From the NCBI RefSeq assembly GCF_006345805.1, contig NC_042998.1, positions 14,260,001 through 14,324,000 of the forward strand: a stretch of 64,000 bases of DNA, read 5' to 3'. Positions 27,483 to 42,007 of this stretch are shown here, in pieces (position 1 is the stretch's first letter; every line of letters starts with the position of its first letter). Below the pieces are notes generated by a model. The model was not told where the DNA came from, searched no databases, and saw nothing but the letters and a program-made list of their open reading frames with translations. The translations under genes and the position numbers were made by a program. Source of the DNA: Octopus sinensis (Eukaryota).

Positions 27483-28044
27483 GTGTGTACGCGTGTGTGT
27501 ATATATATATAATATATATAGAGAGAGAGAGAGAGAGAGAGCCAGACAAACAGACAGACAGATAGACGGACAGGTAGTTAGATAGACAGACAGACAGACT
27601 GATAGATAGATAGATACATACATACATGCAGACATACATTCATACATACATACATACATACATTCATACATACATACATACATACATTCATACACATGTA
27701 CTGTGAGCACTTATGTTCAATTTTTCTCACGTTTCATGAATCAGTGACTTTCTGTCACTTCGCATCAGAGCATCAGGAACGGATGTGGTTCTTTTCTAAT
27801 TCAGCCCTTTTCTACAATTTAACCAAAATTCAGATTACCCCTACAATCACTTTTTCATCGTGCATCAGTGAACTACTTCCCGTCGCCTTTACCGACGCCC
27901 TTTTCATTACAAATGAGCGTCCTTCATTCTTTAGTAATTTTCCTCACCCAAATTTCATCCACATGTTTTCCTTTTTCGATTCAGAACTGCATTGCATATA
28001 ATGTCTAATTAATATAGCTTAGCTTTGCAAATTTCAGAACCTAA

Positions 28045-28461
28045 TACTCTTTTACTCTTTTACTCTTTTACTTGTTTCAGTCATTTGACTGCGGACATGC
28101 TGGAGCACCGCCTTTAGTCGAGCAAATCGACCCCGGGACTTATTCTTTGTAAGCCCAGTACTTATTCTATCGATCTCTTTTGCCGAACCGCTAATTGACC
28201 GGGATGTAAACACACCAGCATCGGTTATCAAGCAATGCTAGGGGGACAAACACAGACACACACACACATGCATATATATATATATATATACATATATACG
28301 ACAGGCTTCTTTCAGTTTCTGTCTACCAATTCCACTCACAAGGCATTGGTCGGCCCGGGGCTATAGTAGAAGACACTTGCCCAAGATGCCACACAGTGGG
28401 ACTGAATCCGAACCATGTGGTTGGTTAGCAAGCTACTTACCACACAGCCACTCCTGCGCCT
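28045..28461 (-). mobile_element. SINE B, full length
   Basis: Head aggcgcaggagtggctgtgtgg; (GAGTAAAA)n tail. Confidence 0.92.
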
Positions 28462-29286
28462 AATATATTCATAATATTATATAAATAATAACCAACACTA
28501 ATTTCTGATCGAAAAATTTAACGAATCAATTTGCAGTTCTCGAATAATCTACCCGTCCCTTGCCTGTTACCCTATTTGTATTGAACCCCTGAGTAATAAA
28601 TCGACGTTAGCTAGCATGAGGGAGCCTCATGCATGAGAGCATTAAAACAGCCATATTACATTATTTTAGAAAAACATAACATCAAAATAAATTATTGCCT
28701 ATGTGTCGTTTGTAATTTATCATTTAAGCATCGACAGCTTCTAAGGTTCAACGATAAACAAATTTACATTAATGATTCAAATAAGATAGCGGTAGTGTTA
28801 CTTTACCGAATCGCTGAGTTTCTTCCTAAACTGTCAACGGGTTGAAATATCCACGTAGACCTGTCAAAGAAGTCAATGGTTACTTTATGCTATAACAATG
28901 AAAGGTTTCATGCTTCCTGTTGTTCTTGCAACGATGAAACAGCATGACTTGTTTGTTGCTCATTTTGAAAGACAGCGCTAAAAAAGTTGTACAAAGAATG
29001 CTAAAGCTCAATTGAATTTATGATTAACTGGAGCTAATTCGCCATACAAGTACAAGTGTAGTAAAAAATAACTGAAACATTTCTGACAGAGGAATCAAGA
29101 ACAAATAATCGTCAAGGAATAAGCAAATAGGTTTTGATGAACTTTTAGCGAGCTTTTAGCCCACTAATTTGATATAATGTCCCGTCATCCTTCGATAGCT
29201 GTAGGAATTAATCCAGTGAGAAACAACAACAATTCGTATGAGTTTTCGAAGCCTTCATGTACATGGTATATTTATTCCAATCCAAA

Positions 29287-29518
29287 AGGCGGCGAGCTGG
29301 CAGAAACGTTAGCACGCCGGGCGAAATGCGTAGCCGTATTTCGTCTGCCGTTACGCTCTGAGTTCAAATTCCGCCGAGGTCGACTTTGCCTTTCATCCTT
29401 TCGGGGTCGATAAATAAAGTACCAGTTACGCACTGGGGTCGATGTAATCGACTTAATCCGTTTGTCTGTCCCTGTTTGTCCCCTCTATGTTTAGCCCCTT
29501 GTGGGTAGTAAAGAAACA
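29287..29518 (+). mobile_element. SINE A, full length, 19-bp TSD
   Basis: TSD ggtatatttattccaatcc at 29265-29283 and 29519-29537. Confidence 0.93.
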
Positions 29519-30864
29519 GGTATATTTATTCCAATCCGGGAGGAGAGCATTCATACACAGCTTGTATATTTAACATTTAACAGAAGAGAATGGAAGTTGA
29601 ATAAGAAAAGGTTTTCGTCTTGCCGCCTTCCATAACTGGTATAGTGGATTCAACTCAATTCAAATCAACGCGGGGTAGTCCAGTAGATGAGTGGGAGACG
29701 ATGCAGTTAGCAGTAGGCCGCTTTGGTCAGCAAAAGAGGCCGTTCTTGGCTCTGCGCGTCTTTTTATCCTTATCTCACGAGCGCCACCTTGTTGTTAACG
29801 ATGTGACCAGAGGAGATAACTCCAGACCCACGTTCAGACATGGATTCAACTATGGTTGCCTACAAACTCTTCTTTGAATATGAGAGTCATAGTCCAAATA
29901 CAACCAAGTGATTTGTTTTCAATGCGTAGAAATTAAGTAGCAAATCGCGAGACAATTTTACCCAAAGCTTTGAGGACTCTACCAGTTATCTCCCCTTTGT
30001 TCGCTGTCGGTGATCAAAAAGCAGAAGTAGGAGACGGCCGACATCAAACAGAACAAGGCAAAGTTAAAACATGCTTTTTATTCTCAGAATACAAACGTGA
30101 TAATGATTGTTTTGCTCTGTCTTGATTCGACCAGATTAAAACTAGAAAGGAATTTACACACAAAATTCCGCCTTTCAACAACTGCAAAGCCACTTTTACA
30201 AAAAAATTCATCAAAGATTGCCAAACAGTAGACGTATTCACATGCAAAGAAATCGTTAACACAGTACTATAAATAATTAACAAAATTTAGAGATGAACCG
30301 TGCGATCAAAACTTTACTAATCTGCCTAAACGGATTCGATTCCCAATAGATTGACAAATCTATTTCATTTTTAATACATGTTCAGCTTAAATATTCAGTT
30401 CTTTTTCCGTCTCGATTGGTATACAATACAAACTACATAAGAACACCAAGAACAATTTTGTTTACTTAAAAAAATTGGTATCAATATTTTCCTTTGGCAT
30501 CAATTTCCTTCTTCAAAGTGCTCTAACATAATTCAGAAATTATCAGTGAAAGTATCGCTGTATGAAATTTTCTTTTTACGGTAAAAATTAATTTCCATAC
30601 CTTATCGAAAATCTTAAGCAAATGAACATTGATTGACTGGATAAAATTCTATTTCAGTACAAATACCAAACCACGATTTTTGTTCATGAGTGGGTACAGT
30701 AAAGAGAGTCGACTTTATTTCTTCGAATTAGATAAATACCATCATAATTCAGCAAAAATATGTTTTGTATTTGATCTGTTCCTCAATCTTACGCTTGAAT
30801 ATACATACATACGTACATATATACTTATATACATGCAGTCATACATACATGCTTACATACATAC

Positions 30865-31283
30865 ATAATATAAATAATATATAAATATATGCATATATAC
30901 ATATATGTACATACCTACATCCATATGTATATATACATGCATATATGGGTACAGGACATCAAAAAAACGTTGAACACAATGAGAAACGAAAACATAATAA
31001 CAAAAACATGGAAACGAACTATTTTTCCAACAAAGAAAAAACAGAGTACAAGACATACAACACAAGGAATATATCCCTTCTTCAGTTGTCCCTGTTTCGT
31101 CTACTCCGCGTTTTCGAAGGTAAGGACAAGACGCGACTTCGTTGAGACAGTCCTTCCCGTAAAGCAAATTAAATAAAATTTGGGATTTTTGCGGAGGGGT
31201 AAAAGTGGTAACAAGAACAGGACAGTAAGAACAAAACAAGACAGTAAAAACAATACAAGTAAAAACAGTAAAAGACTGAACAA
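30865..31283 (-). repeat. Interspersed repeat D, second copy
   Basis: Reverse complement of 18320-18770. Confidence 0.8.
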
Positions 31284-31305
31284 CATACATACATACATAC
31301 ATACA

Positions 31306-31336
<31 letters not shown>

Positions 31337-32083
31337 TCTATGAATCTTCATAAGCTGGGCTGCACAATTGGCATCGCTATACCCGTCCCTATAAAAATAT
31401 ATAAAATATCCAACAAGTATGGTATATAGTAATTGTGTGTGTGTGTGTTTGTGTGTGTGTGTATGTGTGTGTGTGTGTTTCTGTGTGTGTGCGTGTGTGC
31501 TATGATTCAGGAAAAAAGTTATGTTATGAACTTCCTTGGCATACGGCCGTTTCTGCTATAAGAAAGTGCGGACCCGTGGTTAAGAGCTTGAATCACGAAT
31601 GACCCTTACTTTTTTTTTCCTGTCCCTCTTATTGTTTTTCCTGTCCGCCTACATGTCCGGATGTTTTATTGTCCTTTATTGCGTTTTTGTCCCATTTTTT
31701 ACACACACATACAGAAACACACACACACACACACGCACACACATACACACACATAGATATGCAGTCATATTTGTGTATATAAATCAAAACATGCGGATCC
31801 GTACATGCAGTCATCGGAGCCGCGAATATGAAACGCCATATGCGCAGCTCTGACGAAGTTATCAAATGTTATTCAGGCACTGAACTACGAGTCCCCCGCA
31901 TTTAATAACAAAAACATTTGTAACCTAATGAAGTTCAGAACACAACTGTCGTTTTCCGTGTATCACCTCGCTTACTTATTACCGCTCTATACACGTCTTT
32001 GTTCTGAAATATACGTATACTGAGTTCAGCACCATGTTATTAGTCTCGCAATGTGAAAGCGAAACATAGACAGACAGACAGAC

Positions 32084-32134
<51 letters not shown>

Positions 32135-32157
32135 TAGATAGATAGATAGATAGATAG

Positions 32158-32206
<49 letters not shown>

Positions 32207-32208
<2 letters not shown>

Positions 32209-32800
32209 GCGGTGAATTGGCAGAAATGTGAGCACGCTGGGCGAAATGCTTAGCGGTATTTCGTCTGCCTCTACGTTCTGAGTTCAAATTCCGCCGAGGT
32301 CGACTTTGCCTTTCATCCTTTCGAGGTCGATAAATTAAGCACCAATTATGCACTGGGGTCGATGTAATCGACTTAATACCTATGTCTGTTCTTGTTTGTC
32401 CTCTCTATGTTTAGCCCCTTGTGGGTAATAAAGAAATAGGTATTTCGTCTGCCGCTACGTTCTGAGTTCAAATTCCGTCGAGGTGGACTTGCCTTTCATC
32501 CTTTCGGGGTCGTCGATTAAATAAGTAACAGTTACGCACTGGGGCCGATTATAGTCGACTTAATCCGTGTGTCTGTCATTGTTTGCCTTCTGTGTTAGCC
32601 CCTTGTGTGTAGTAAAGAAATAGGTATTCGTTCTGCCGTTACATTTCTGAGTTCAAATTCCGCCAGGTCGACTTTGCCTTCATCCTTTTAGGGTCGATTA
32701 AATAGTACAGTTACGCACTAGGGTCGATATAATCGTCAATCCATTTGTCTGTCCTTATTTGCCCTCTCTATGTCTAGTCCCTTGTGGGCAGTAAAGAAAC
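32207..32800 (+). mobile_element. SINE A tandem array (one head, three bodies)
   Basis: Junctions aaagaaata-ggtatt(t)cgt at about 32438 and 32622; (TAGA)n on both sides. Confidence 0.9.
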
Positions 32801-32850
<50 letters not shown>

Positions 32851-33700
32851 TAGAGAGAGAAATGCATATATAGACATGCAAACAGGTTTGTGTTCACATC
32901 CGTAAGTCAAAGTAGGTGGATCCCTACACACAATTATATCCATGCCCGTACTCTTTCTTCTTTCACTATGCTTATAAACATGTACATGCATGTTTATATG
33001 CATATAAGCACACACACATACGTACATGTCCGTGTATCTATGTGTGTGTGTGTGTGTGCTTGCTTGTCCAGTAAACACACTTGATAGACTTCTCGTATCA
33101 CTTCAGTCCATATTTATTTTTTATATGCATCCAATAAAATGCCAAGATCTAAATTCAACATGTAACGTTTCCCGGGTTCTCTGTCATTGAAGTAGTGTCT
33201 TTTTTGTCCACTATACAGTTTATACCTGGTTGAAGATCTGTTAATACGTAGAGAAAACTCCAGTGAAACAGGGAAGTGGTTCAGACACAATGAAGTGTTC
33301 TTCTGAACACTCACACATACACACACACATACACACACATACATATATGCATACACGGAAAATATATATATATATTGCCTAAACTGGCAACATAACCATT
33401 GAATAAAATAAATAAAAGTAAATTAAACGAACATGAATATCCAGGTGATACTGATAATACAGGCACCATACACATTTCCACACACACACATACTTACCAT
33501 AGACACACAGAGGGATATACGCATGCGCAAATAAAGACACATACAATAGGAATGGTAGATCGTAAGTAAGAGAGAGACACAAAAAAGAAAGAAGAAAGCA
33601 ATGGACCACTGACGAAGTCACAGACGTGTGACAAAAGAACGCTGGTCGAAATACAATTAATATAAAATAAAGCTGAAGCAAGTGAACACCATATATATAT

Positions 33701-33733
<33 letters not shown>

Positions 33734-33802
33734 TAAAACTTACCTGGATGAGGAGGGGGGGCGTTCAATTATATAAAAATGTAAATAATGAACATATATA
33801 TG

Positions 33803-33837
<35 letters not shown>

Positions 33838-34094
33838 CGGTCCAAAGGTATATTATTAGGTCGCGAAATATATATGTATAGCCCAATTTCTATTGCTATA
33901 TGTTATGTATTTTAATAATTACTGATATTTTTATATTTTATATATTATATATGGAAAGCATGATATGTTATACATGTATGTATATTGTTCTATTTGTCCT
34001 TTTAGTAAATAAATAAACTGACATAATATAATGTCTAAAAGTTGATGAATACCACCTATTGATCCTTCCATTTTCTTATTGTTCTATATATATG

Positions 34095-34136
<42 letters not shown>

Positions 34137-34142
<6 letters not shown>

Positions 34143-34320
34143 ATCCAAACAAGAAAACACAGAAAAAAAACACGCCAACGCGGGGACGTGGAACAATTAA
34201 AGTATTATTTGACGCTCAGGAAAGAAGGGAAGGAGGGTTTAACGTTTCGAGCGGAGCTCTTCGTCGGAAACAAAGGAGAAGGAAAGATCCCGAGAAGGGA
34301 AGACAGAGGGAAAAAATTTT
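34137..34320 (-). mobile_element. Penelope pLTR-like repeat with minimal hammerhead motif, copy 2
   Basis: Minus strand 34237-34271 gttt CCGACGA a gagc tcc gctc GAAA cg TT aaac. Confidence 0.68.
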
Positions 34321-34677
34321 TTTCGTGGTAGTGCTCAAGAGATCACAGATAAAACTTAGATATGTTTCGACCAAAGATTGGTCCAGGCCATGTCTAACTT
34401 AATAGCACCGCCAGATAGAATTATCTAAATCCTGTTTAAGTCAAGTTTTGTTTATGGTCCATTCAAGTAGTGAGATTTTGTTGGTTGAGTTGTATCCAAT
34501 TATGGGTGGCTTATATATATATGCGGAGAATTCACCAAAAAAAAAACAAAAGACGAAGACAACTGGTGTAGACAACAAATAGATTTATTATATATATGCA
34601 CACACATATATCTGCAGTAGTACCTTGCTTTTCGAAGAAATCTGATCGCGAATAAATCGTGCTTTATATATATATAA

Positions 34678-34843
34678 AGGAGTGGCTATGTGGTAAGTAG
34701 CTTGCTAACCAACCACATGGTTCCGGGTTCAGTCCCACTGCGTGGCATCTTGAGCAAGTGTCTTCTGCTATAGCCCCGGGCCGACCAATGCCTTGTGAGT
34801 GGATTTAGTAGACGGAAACTGAAAGAAGCCTGTCGTATATATG

Positions 34844-34874
<31 letters not shown>

Positions 34875-35092
34875 ATATATGTTTGTGTGTCTGTGTTTGT
34901 CCCCCTAACATTGCTTGACAGTCGATGCTGGTGTGTTTATGTCCCCGTTACTTAGCGGTTCGGCAAAAGAGACCGATAGAATAAGTACTGGGCTTACAAA
35001 GAATAAGTTCCGGTTTCGATTTGCGTGACTAAAGGCGGTGCTCCAGCATGGCCGCAGTCAAATGACTGACACAAGTAAAAGAGTAAAAGAGT
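34678..35092 (+). mobile_element. SINE B, full length
   Basis: Colinear with other B copies. Confidence 0.92.
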
Positions 35093-35147
35093 ATATATAT
35101 GTGTGTGTGTGTGTGGATTGATATTATATATATTATATATATATATA

Positions 35148-35202
<55 letters not shown>

Positions 35203-35781
35203 GTTTTATTTGGGACAGAGGAGTTCGTAAAACGAGGTACTACTGTAGTAAATGAATATGAGTAAGACAGAGATAAAGTACAAATTATTTGGGATGATAG
35301 TTGTTGAAAAACCGATGTTCTATGTATTTATATATTGTGTGTGTGTGGTTTGTGTGTGTGTTGTGTGTGTGTGTGTGTATAAATCGATCGGCATGTTGTA
35401 TTATGTTCATATCGGATTATTTTCCATCCTTTCAGTTCAGTTCTGAATACTTACGTGTGTTTGCTTGCGCGTGTCTGTGGATGTATGCTTTGTGTACATG
35501 TATATGAAGTGAGCAATAGTATCTACGTACGTGTACATGTGCGTTAAGGCGTGTGACTGTGTGTGCGCGTGTGTGAGTGCTAATTGTAATACGAGATGAT
35601 GGCAAACAGCGTCATAACGTCATGTCTCTTTGTCTGTGAGACGATGCATATCTAAGCTTATTCAAATATCCCTATCAAGAAATTGATTAGTGTCACAACA
35701 GAGATTAATATATAAGTACAAAACACAAACACACACACATAAACACACGCGCATACACACACAGTCCTTATATATTTGAGT

Positions 35782-35817
<36 letters not shown>

Positions 35818-35956
35818 TAGTTGGTAACTATGGCAGAGAAGATACGCATGTAAACATAGGTGAGAAGTTTGTCTGTTTCAATACACGTGATTGTGCAACC
35901 AACCATATGCATTTCCGCGTTATCTCGCGGTGACAGCAGACACGATGCACACACAC

Positions 35957-35991
<35 letters not shown>

Positions 35992-36462
35992 TTGTGTGCG
36001 TACATACATGTGTGTGTACGTATGTATGTATACACACACAAACACACACACAAATATATATAGAGAGAGAGCTGCTTAGAAGCTGGACTAAAGTCACAAA
36101 AGCCTTTTACGTGTCTGTGCATGAACATGTAATATAATACATTTTACTTACGTGTCTCACTGAGCATACAGAATAAAATATTAGCTCCATAAGACTGTCC
36201 ATCATTAAGAACTTCATTGATAGATATTAGATATTAGATGTTTAAAGCGATGGTGATAGAGATAATGCGGGTTGCCATTTTGCGATCTTTTAGATTATCT
36301 ATATTGGAGCAAAAGTACGTTTGCACATTGAAGTTCTACTGAAGGAGAATGTATAGTTTGTTCCTACGAGATGCTTAAGGAAAAAAGACCAACATAGATT
36401 CTTAGTTATTTTACTTCTTCAACCATTATATTGTGATGATGTTGAGGCAACGAAAGGAAGCC

Positions 36463-36812
36463 TATTTCGTCTGCCGTTACGTTCTGAGTTCAAATTCCGC
36501 CGAGGTCGACATTGCATTTAATCCTTTCGGGGTTGATAAATAAGTACCAGTTACGCACTGAGGTCGATGTAATCGACTTAATCCGTATGTCTGTCCTTGT
36601 TTGTCACCTCTGTGTTTAGCCCCTTGAGGTTAGTAAAGAAATAGGTATTTCGTCTGTCTTTTACGTTTTGAGTTCAAATTCCACCAATGTGGACTTTGCC
36701 TTTCGTCCTTTCGGGGTCGATAAATCAAGTACCAGTTGCGTACTGGAGTCGATTTAATCGATTGGTTCCCTCCCAAAAAATTTCGGACCTTGTGTCTAGA
36801 GTAGAAAAGAAT
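36463..36812 (+). mobile_element. SINE A composite (headless tail-1 unit plus tail-2 unit)
   Basis: Junction aaagaaataggtatttcgtctgtc at about 36640. Confidence 0.85.
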
Positions 36813-37381
36813 ATTTGATTGGTATTTCAGACCTGAGATGGATGAAAAGAAAATTTGACAAATTCAAAATGCAATGAGGCCGGAAAAACTACACAAAGCA
36901 TCTTATCCGACGCTCCAATGATTCCATCAATCTGGCTTCCTCTTCGCATAAATAATAATGAACACAATCTCTTCCTGAAATCGTATGGTAAATTGAGTGT
37001 TGAGTGTAAGCGGCTGATGTTATGTTCATTCAGTGCTCAAAGAAGAAATGTGTGTCAGAAGCCATTGCTAGATGTACTCAAAAAGATTATTTCGATGATC
37101 TAAAACCATTGATACACTATTATTTGTTTTCCGATGTTTCTACATCATGTTAGATGCAACGTATATAGAATCAGTAATTTTGAAGGGTATACGTAAACTG
37201 TGACCTAGGTTTTTTTTTATCAATACGGTCCTTACTTGCACTTAATGTATCTTAATTTGTTTCATGCATTTATCATGTCTCCCGGATCCAGAATATAATG
37301 ATCATCCTTCTATTCTCATGTCTGAAAGATCGCTGAGTGTGAAGCTGGAGTAGCATCAAGCCATCATATATGTGTGTGCAC

Positions 37382-37416
<35 letters not shown>

Positions 37417-37573
37417 TGCGTGCGTGTAGATTTGTTTTGTAATTTGAATCGGGTGGGAAATGAAACAATTGTAGGCAATGTTAAATAATAAATTAACTTA
37501 TATCCATTGAATCTCTCCATTTTCTAACGTTATAATATTTGGAAGTTATTAATATATTCCCACTCCTGACAAT

Positions 37574-37977
37574 TGCGTAGGAGCGGCTGCGTGGTAAGTA
37601 GCTTGCTTACCAACTATATGGTTCCGAGTTTAGTCCCCTTGCGTAGCACCCTTGGCAAGTGTCTTCTACTTGCCGACCAAAGCCTTGTGAGTTGATTTGA
37701 TAGACGGAAACTGAAAGAAGTCCGTCGTATATATTTCTATATATGTGTATGTATGTGTGTGTGTATGTTTGTGTGTCTGTGTTTGTCCCTCCAACATCGC
37801 TTGAGAACCGATACTGGTGTGTTTACGTCCCCATAAATTAGCGGTTCCTCAAAAGGGTCCGATAAAATAAGTACTAGACTTACAAAGAATAAGTCCTGGG
37901 GTCGATTTGCTCGACTTAAAGGCAGTGCTCCAGCATGGCCACAGTCAAATGACTGAAACCAGTAAAAGAGTAAAAGA
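37574..37977 (+). mobile_element. SINE B
   Basis: Colinear, slightly diverged. Confidence 0.88.
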
Positions 37978-38306
37978 GAATGTTTATTCGAGAAATATCT
38001 CTTCAAAATATTATATCATAAACCTGGATATCTTGGATAAAACTATCGCTATAGGAGGTTTAAATATCCTCATAATGAAAATACACACACACACATACAC
38101 ACAACTTAACATAGATGCCTTGGAAGAATACTGAAAGCTTGATGCATAAGCACGCGTGTGCTTTCATGAACTAAGCGCCGGTATGACAGGGTTTCTCAAA
38201 GCTAATAACGCAATATTCAGTGTTGTAACAAGTCATCCACATTCCGTTGGATATAAAGAATACCTTTTGCTATTAGCACTGCTTCCGTTGCAAATAATTA
38301 ATATAT

Positions 38307-38532
38307 ATTTCTTTACTACCCACAAGGGGCTAAACACAGAGGGGATAAACAAGGACAGACAAACGGATTAAGTCGATTGCATCGACCCCAGTGCGTAACT
38401 GGTACTTAATTTATCGACCCCGAAAGGATGAAAGGCAAAGTCGACCTCGGCGGAATTTGAACTCAGAACGTAACGGCAGACGAAATACGGCTACGCATTT
38501 CGCCCGGCGTGCTAACGTTTCTGCCAGCTCGC
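38307..38532 (-). mobile_element. SINE A
   Basis: Full head, core and tail. Confidence 0.9.
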
Positions 38533-38921
38533 TGTATGAAACCATTGCAGTTACGTGTAAGATTGTATTGCCTGTAGCTGTGCCATGATTTTGCCAAGAG
38601 CTTTCGGTGCTTCTGTAATCTCTGTAGCAGAGATGCATAGCAGCTTACTCTCAATTCAGCAAAGCTATGGGCTGTTATAGCAGCACAGGGCTGGCAGTCC
38701 TTTTCAATCGAGCAGATTGAACCAAAGTGAAATAAAACACTGAGATGCGTCACGCCTTCCAGACAGGGACGCGAACCTACGACCTTTTGATCATATCGAG
38801 AATCCAACACTCACCACTATGCTACATTGCTTCACACATACACAAAAATTTCGCACACATCCATATACATTAACCTATACATACATATATTATATATACA
38901 TATTCATACATATATTTATAG

Positions 38922-38956
<35 letters not shown>

Positions 38957-39240
38957 CACATATATATATATATATACACACATACATATATATATGTATA
39001 TATATATATATCTACATCCATAATCCACCATACGTACATATACATATACATATATATATGTATATATATACATGCATATATACATATATATATACATACA
39101 TATATGTATGTATATATATATGTATTATATATATATATATATAATATATATATATATATATAATATACATATATATGTATATATATATTATTATAATAGA
39201 TACATATATATGTATATATATATATATATATATATACATA

Positions 39241-39278
<38 letters not shown>

Positions 39279-39296
39279 GTGTATAATATTATCTAT

Positions 39297-39343
<47 letters not shown>

Positions 39344-39425
39344 CATATATGCGTATGTGCTGTATGTGTATATATCCAATTGACAGGATGTGCATTAATG
39401 CACATCTGTCTGATTGAATGTTCGT

Positions 39426-39490
<65 letters not shown>

Positions 39491-39914
39491 ATATAATATA
39501 TATGAATGTCTGTGCTGTGTTTGTCTGGCTGTCTAATAAATTTACTTCGCCGAAATGTTAGTGACTTAAATTTAACAAAGCTTTCAATATATTAACTGAC
39601 ATCATCAACTAATTTCACGCCTCAAATGTTTCTAATATTTACCTAAGCTTACTTATAGCTTCCCTTAATCAGCTAGAGAGTTCGCCGTTGGTTTTCTTGG
39701 CAACAGTTATATGTTACTGAAGCTAACTGTTGCTGTTGTTGTTGTATTCATTGTTATTGTTTAGTTGCTTGTTAGTAGCTTTGTGTGTTATTGGATTTCA
39801 GGAAAATGGATAATACATCAAACTTTATATTTGACTTTGCATTTCTCTGAGTTCAGATCTTAGAGTGATAGAATTTCCTTTCGGATTCTTCTGGAATTGA
39901 TTAAATAATTAGTA

Positions 39915-40250
39915 GGTATTCTTTTCTACTCTAGCCACAAGGCTCGAAATTTTGGGGGAATGGAGCCAGTCTATTAGATCGACCCCAATACGCAACTGGT
40001 ACTTAATTTATCGACCCTGAAAGGATGAAAGGCAAAGTCGACCTTGGCGGAATTTGAACTCAGAACGTAAAGACGGACGAAATACTTATTTCTTTACTAC
40101 CCACAAGGGGCTAAACACTGAGGGGACAAACAAGGACAGACAAAGGGATTAAGTGGATTATATCGAGCCCAGTGCATGACTGGTACTTATTTAATCGAAA
40201 CCGAAAGGATGAAAGGCAAAGTCGACCGCGGCGGAATTTGAACTCACAAC
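39915..40250 (-). mobile_element. SINE A composite (tail-1 plus tail-2 units)
   Basis: Same layout as 24318-24669. Confidence 0.85.
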
Positions 40251-40647
40251 TTATATATATATATACCCTCGCGTATATTTATAAGTACAGGAATGAAATT
40301 TGCTGAGGTGTTGCAAACCCAGGTTCAATATTTTGGAAATGTTTTACAAACAAGGCTAAATTTTACAATCTTGATATCAAAACAAAGGCAGGTATTATAA
40401 TGATTAATGATTATTACTATATTTGTACATCAATCAAATCCGATAAATCCAGTAATGGAAAAGTATTGTTTGAAATCCGTCCAAAAATGCTTCTACGCTC
40501 GTTCGTTCGTTTTGGCGATGAAGTCTTTCAGGAAGATATTCAAAGCGTTTTCATCGCTCCCACAAAATGTTAGTCGGGGCGCTCGCACCTCCTGCACCTC
40601 CTACGCCCCCTGTTCCTGAGTCTATGCGTTTGTTTTACAAATACATT

Positions 40648-40960
40648 GAGGAGGAGCACTCCGTCGGTTGCGACGACGAGGGTCCCAGCTGATACGTTCA
40701 ACGGAACAGCTTGCTTGTGAAATTAACGTGCAAGTGACTGAACAATCCAGAAACATGTGTACCCCTAACGTAGTTCCTAGGGAGATTCGGAGTGTGGCAA
40801 GACCGGCCCTTTGAAATGCAGGTACAACTCAGTGTTTGCCTGCTAAGTGGACTGGAGCAACGTGAAATAGAGTGTCTTGCTCAAGGACACAACGCGTCGC
40901 CGGGAATTGAACTCACGACATCGTGAGCCGAATGTCCTAACCACTAAGTACCGCGCCTTC
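40648..40960 (-). mobile_element. SINE family C
   Basis: tRNA-like head on the minus strand at about 40900-40960; tail ccctcgtcgtcgcaaccgacggagtgctcc; probable TSD acaaataMatt. Confidence 0.85.
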
Positions 40961-41385
40961 ACAAATAAATTACTTATAAGACTATGCTATCCCAGGAAGT
41001 CACTCCTTTAATAAAACTATAGATTATAATTTGAGGGAGATTTCGATGGCATTGATACTGCGTAGAGTTCCTTTCAATGGTTTCAATTCCGGACATTATA
41101 AGATGTAAGTTGTACTTGATTCCATCCAATAATGATCTTCTTTATGAAGCTAGAGAAAAAAGAAAAAACATTAGATTTATCTTTAGACATCCCTATAAGC
41201 ATTGTGCTTCTTTCGGTCAGATGAATATAACCGAAGCTGAATTAAATATCCATGTTATCACTTGTTGTTTTCCCCGTGATCGAAAAATAGTCCTTGCGAT
41301 TTGCACGATTTTACATTTCTGCTATGAATATGGTCCTATTCGAAATGCCCCAAAATTGTCTCTTGTGAGAAAAAGTATTACCATC

Positions 41386-41560
41386 AGCGTCGTCGTCGCA
41401 ATCATCGTCGTCATCGTCGACATCACCACCACCACCACCACCACCGCTACCACCACCACCACCACCACCACCACCACCACCATCGTCATCATCATCATCA
41501 TCATCGTCATCATCACCATCATCATCATCATCATCATCATCATCATTATTATTATTATTT
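41386..41560. repeat. Compound trinucleotide microsatellite (CGT/CAC/CAT/ATT)n
   Basis: Seen directly. Confidence 0.95.
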
Positions 41561-42007
41561 TTATCATTCTTAATAATTCTTTCGTAGTCTTACTTTTTAT
41601 TACTTGCCTACAGGTCGGACACATGTTTAAAGTGGAAGTAGTGCTTTTTATTATGTTTTTTTTTTTGGTTCATTTATTTACCTATTTTGGTTTTATATTG
41701 AAAATACTCTCTTAATTTGAGTAAATTGCCCAGTGTTGCTTGTTTGTGAATGCTCTGTATGTGTAATTTCCTATTTTTCAGCTATATAATAAGTCTGTAT
41801 CTTGTCTAATCATTCTCTATTTTTTCATCATTCCTTATCACTAAAAGGTTTGTTTCTGTCTTCAATAATCAAAACTCTTTTTATCTCTGCCTTTAAGTTT
41901 GCATATTTTGATAAGTGCTCAGTAGTTTTGTTTGGTGATTCCTTATCTTTATTTGTGAAGATATATCGATGGGAATCCATTTACTTTCTTGTGTCCAGAC
42001 AAAAATA

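Noticed and set aside
29620-29880. GC-richer segment with faint RTE-like similarity on the minus strand (ATIVES..GS)
   Set aside because: Too degraded to call
31070-31150. Hammerhead-like words (caacga...gacgaaac; ctgaaga) in repeat D
   Set aside because: Core is incomplete and there is no helix III or UH site in either copy
41077-41715. 212-aa ORF with poly-T and poly-I
   Set aside because: Driven by a trinucleotide microsatellite; no domain signal
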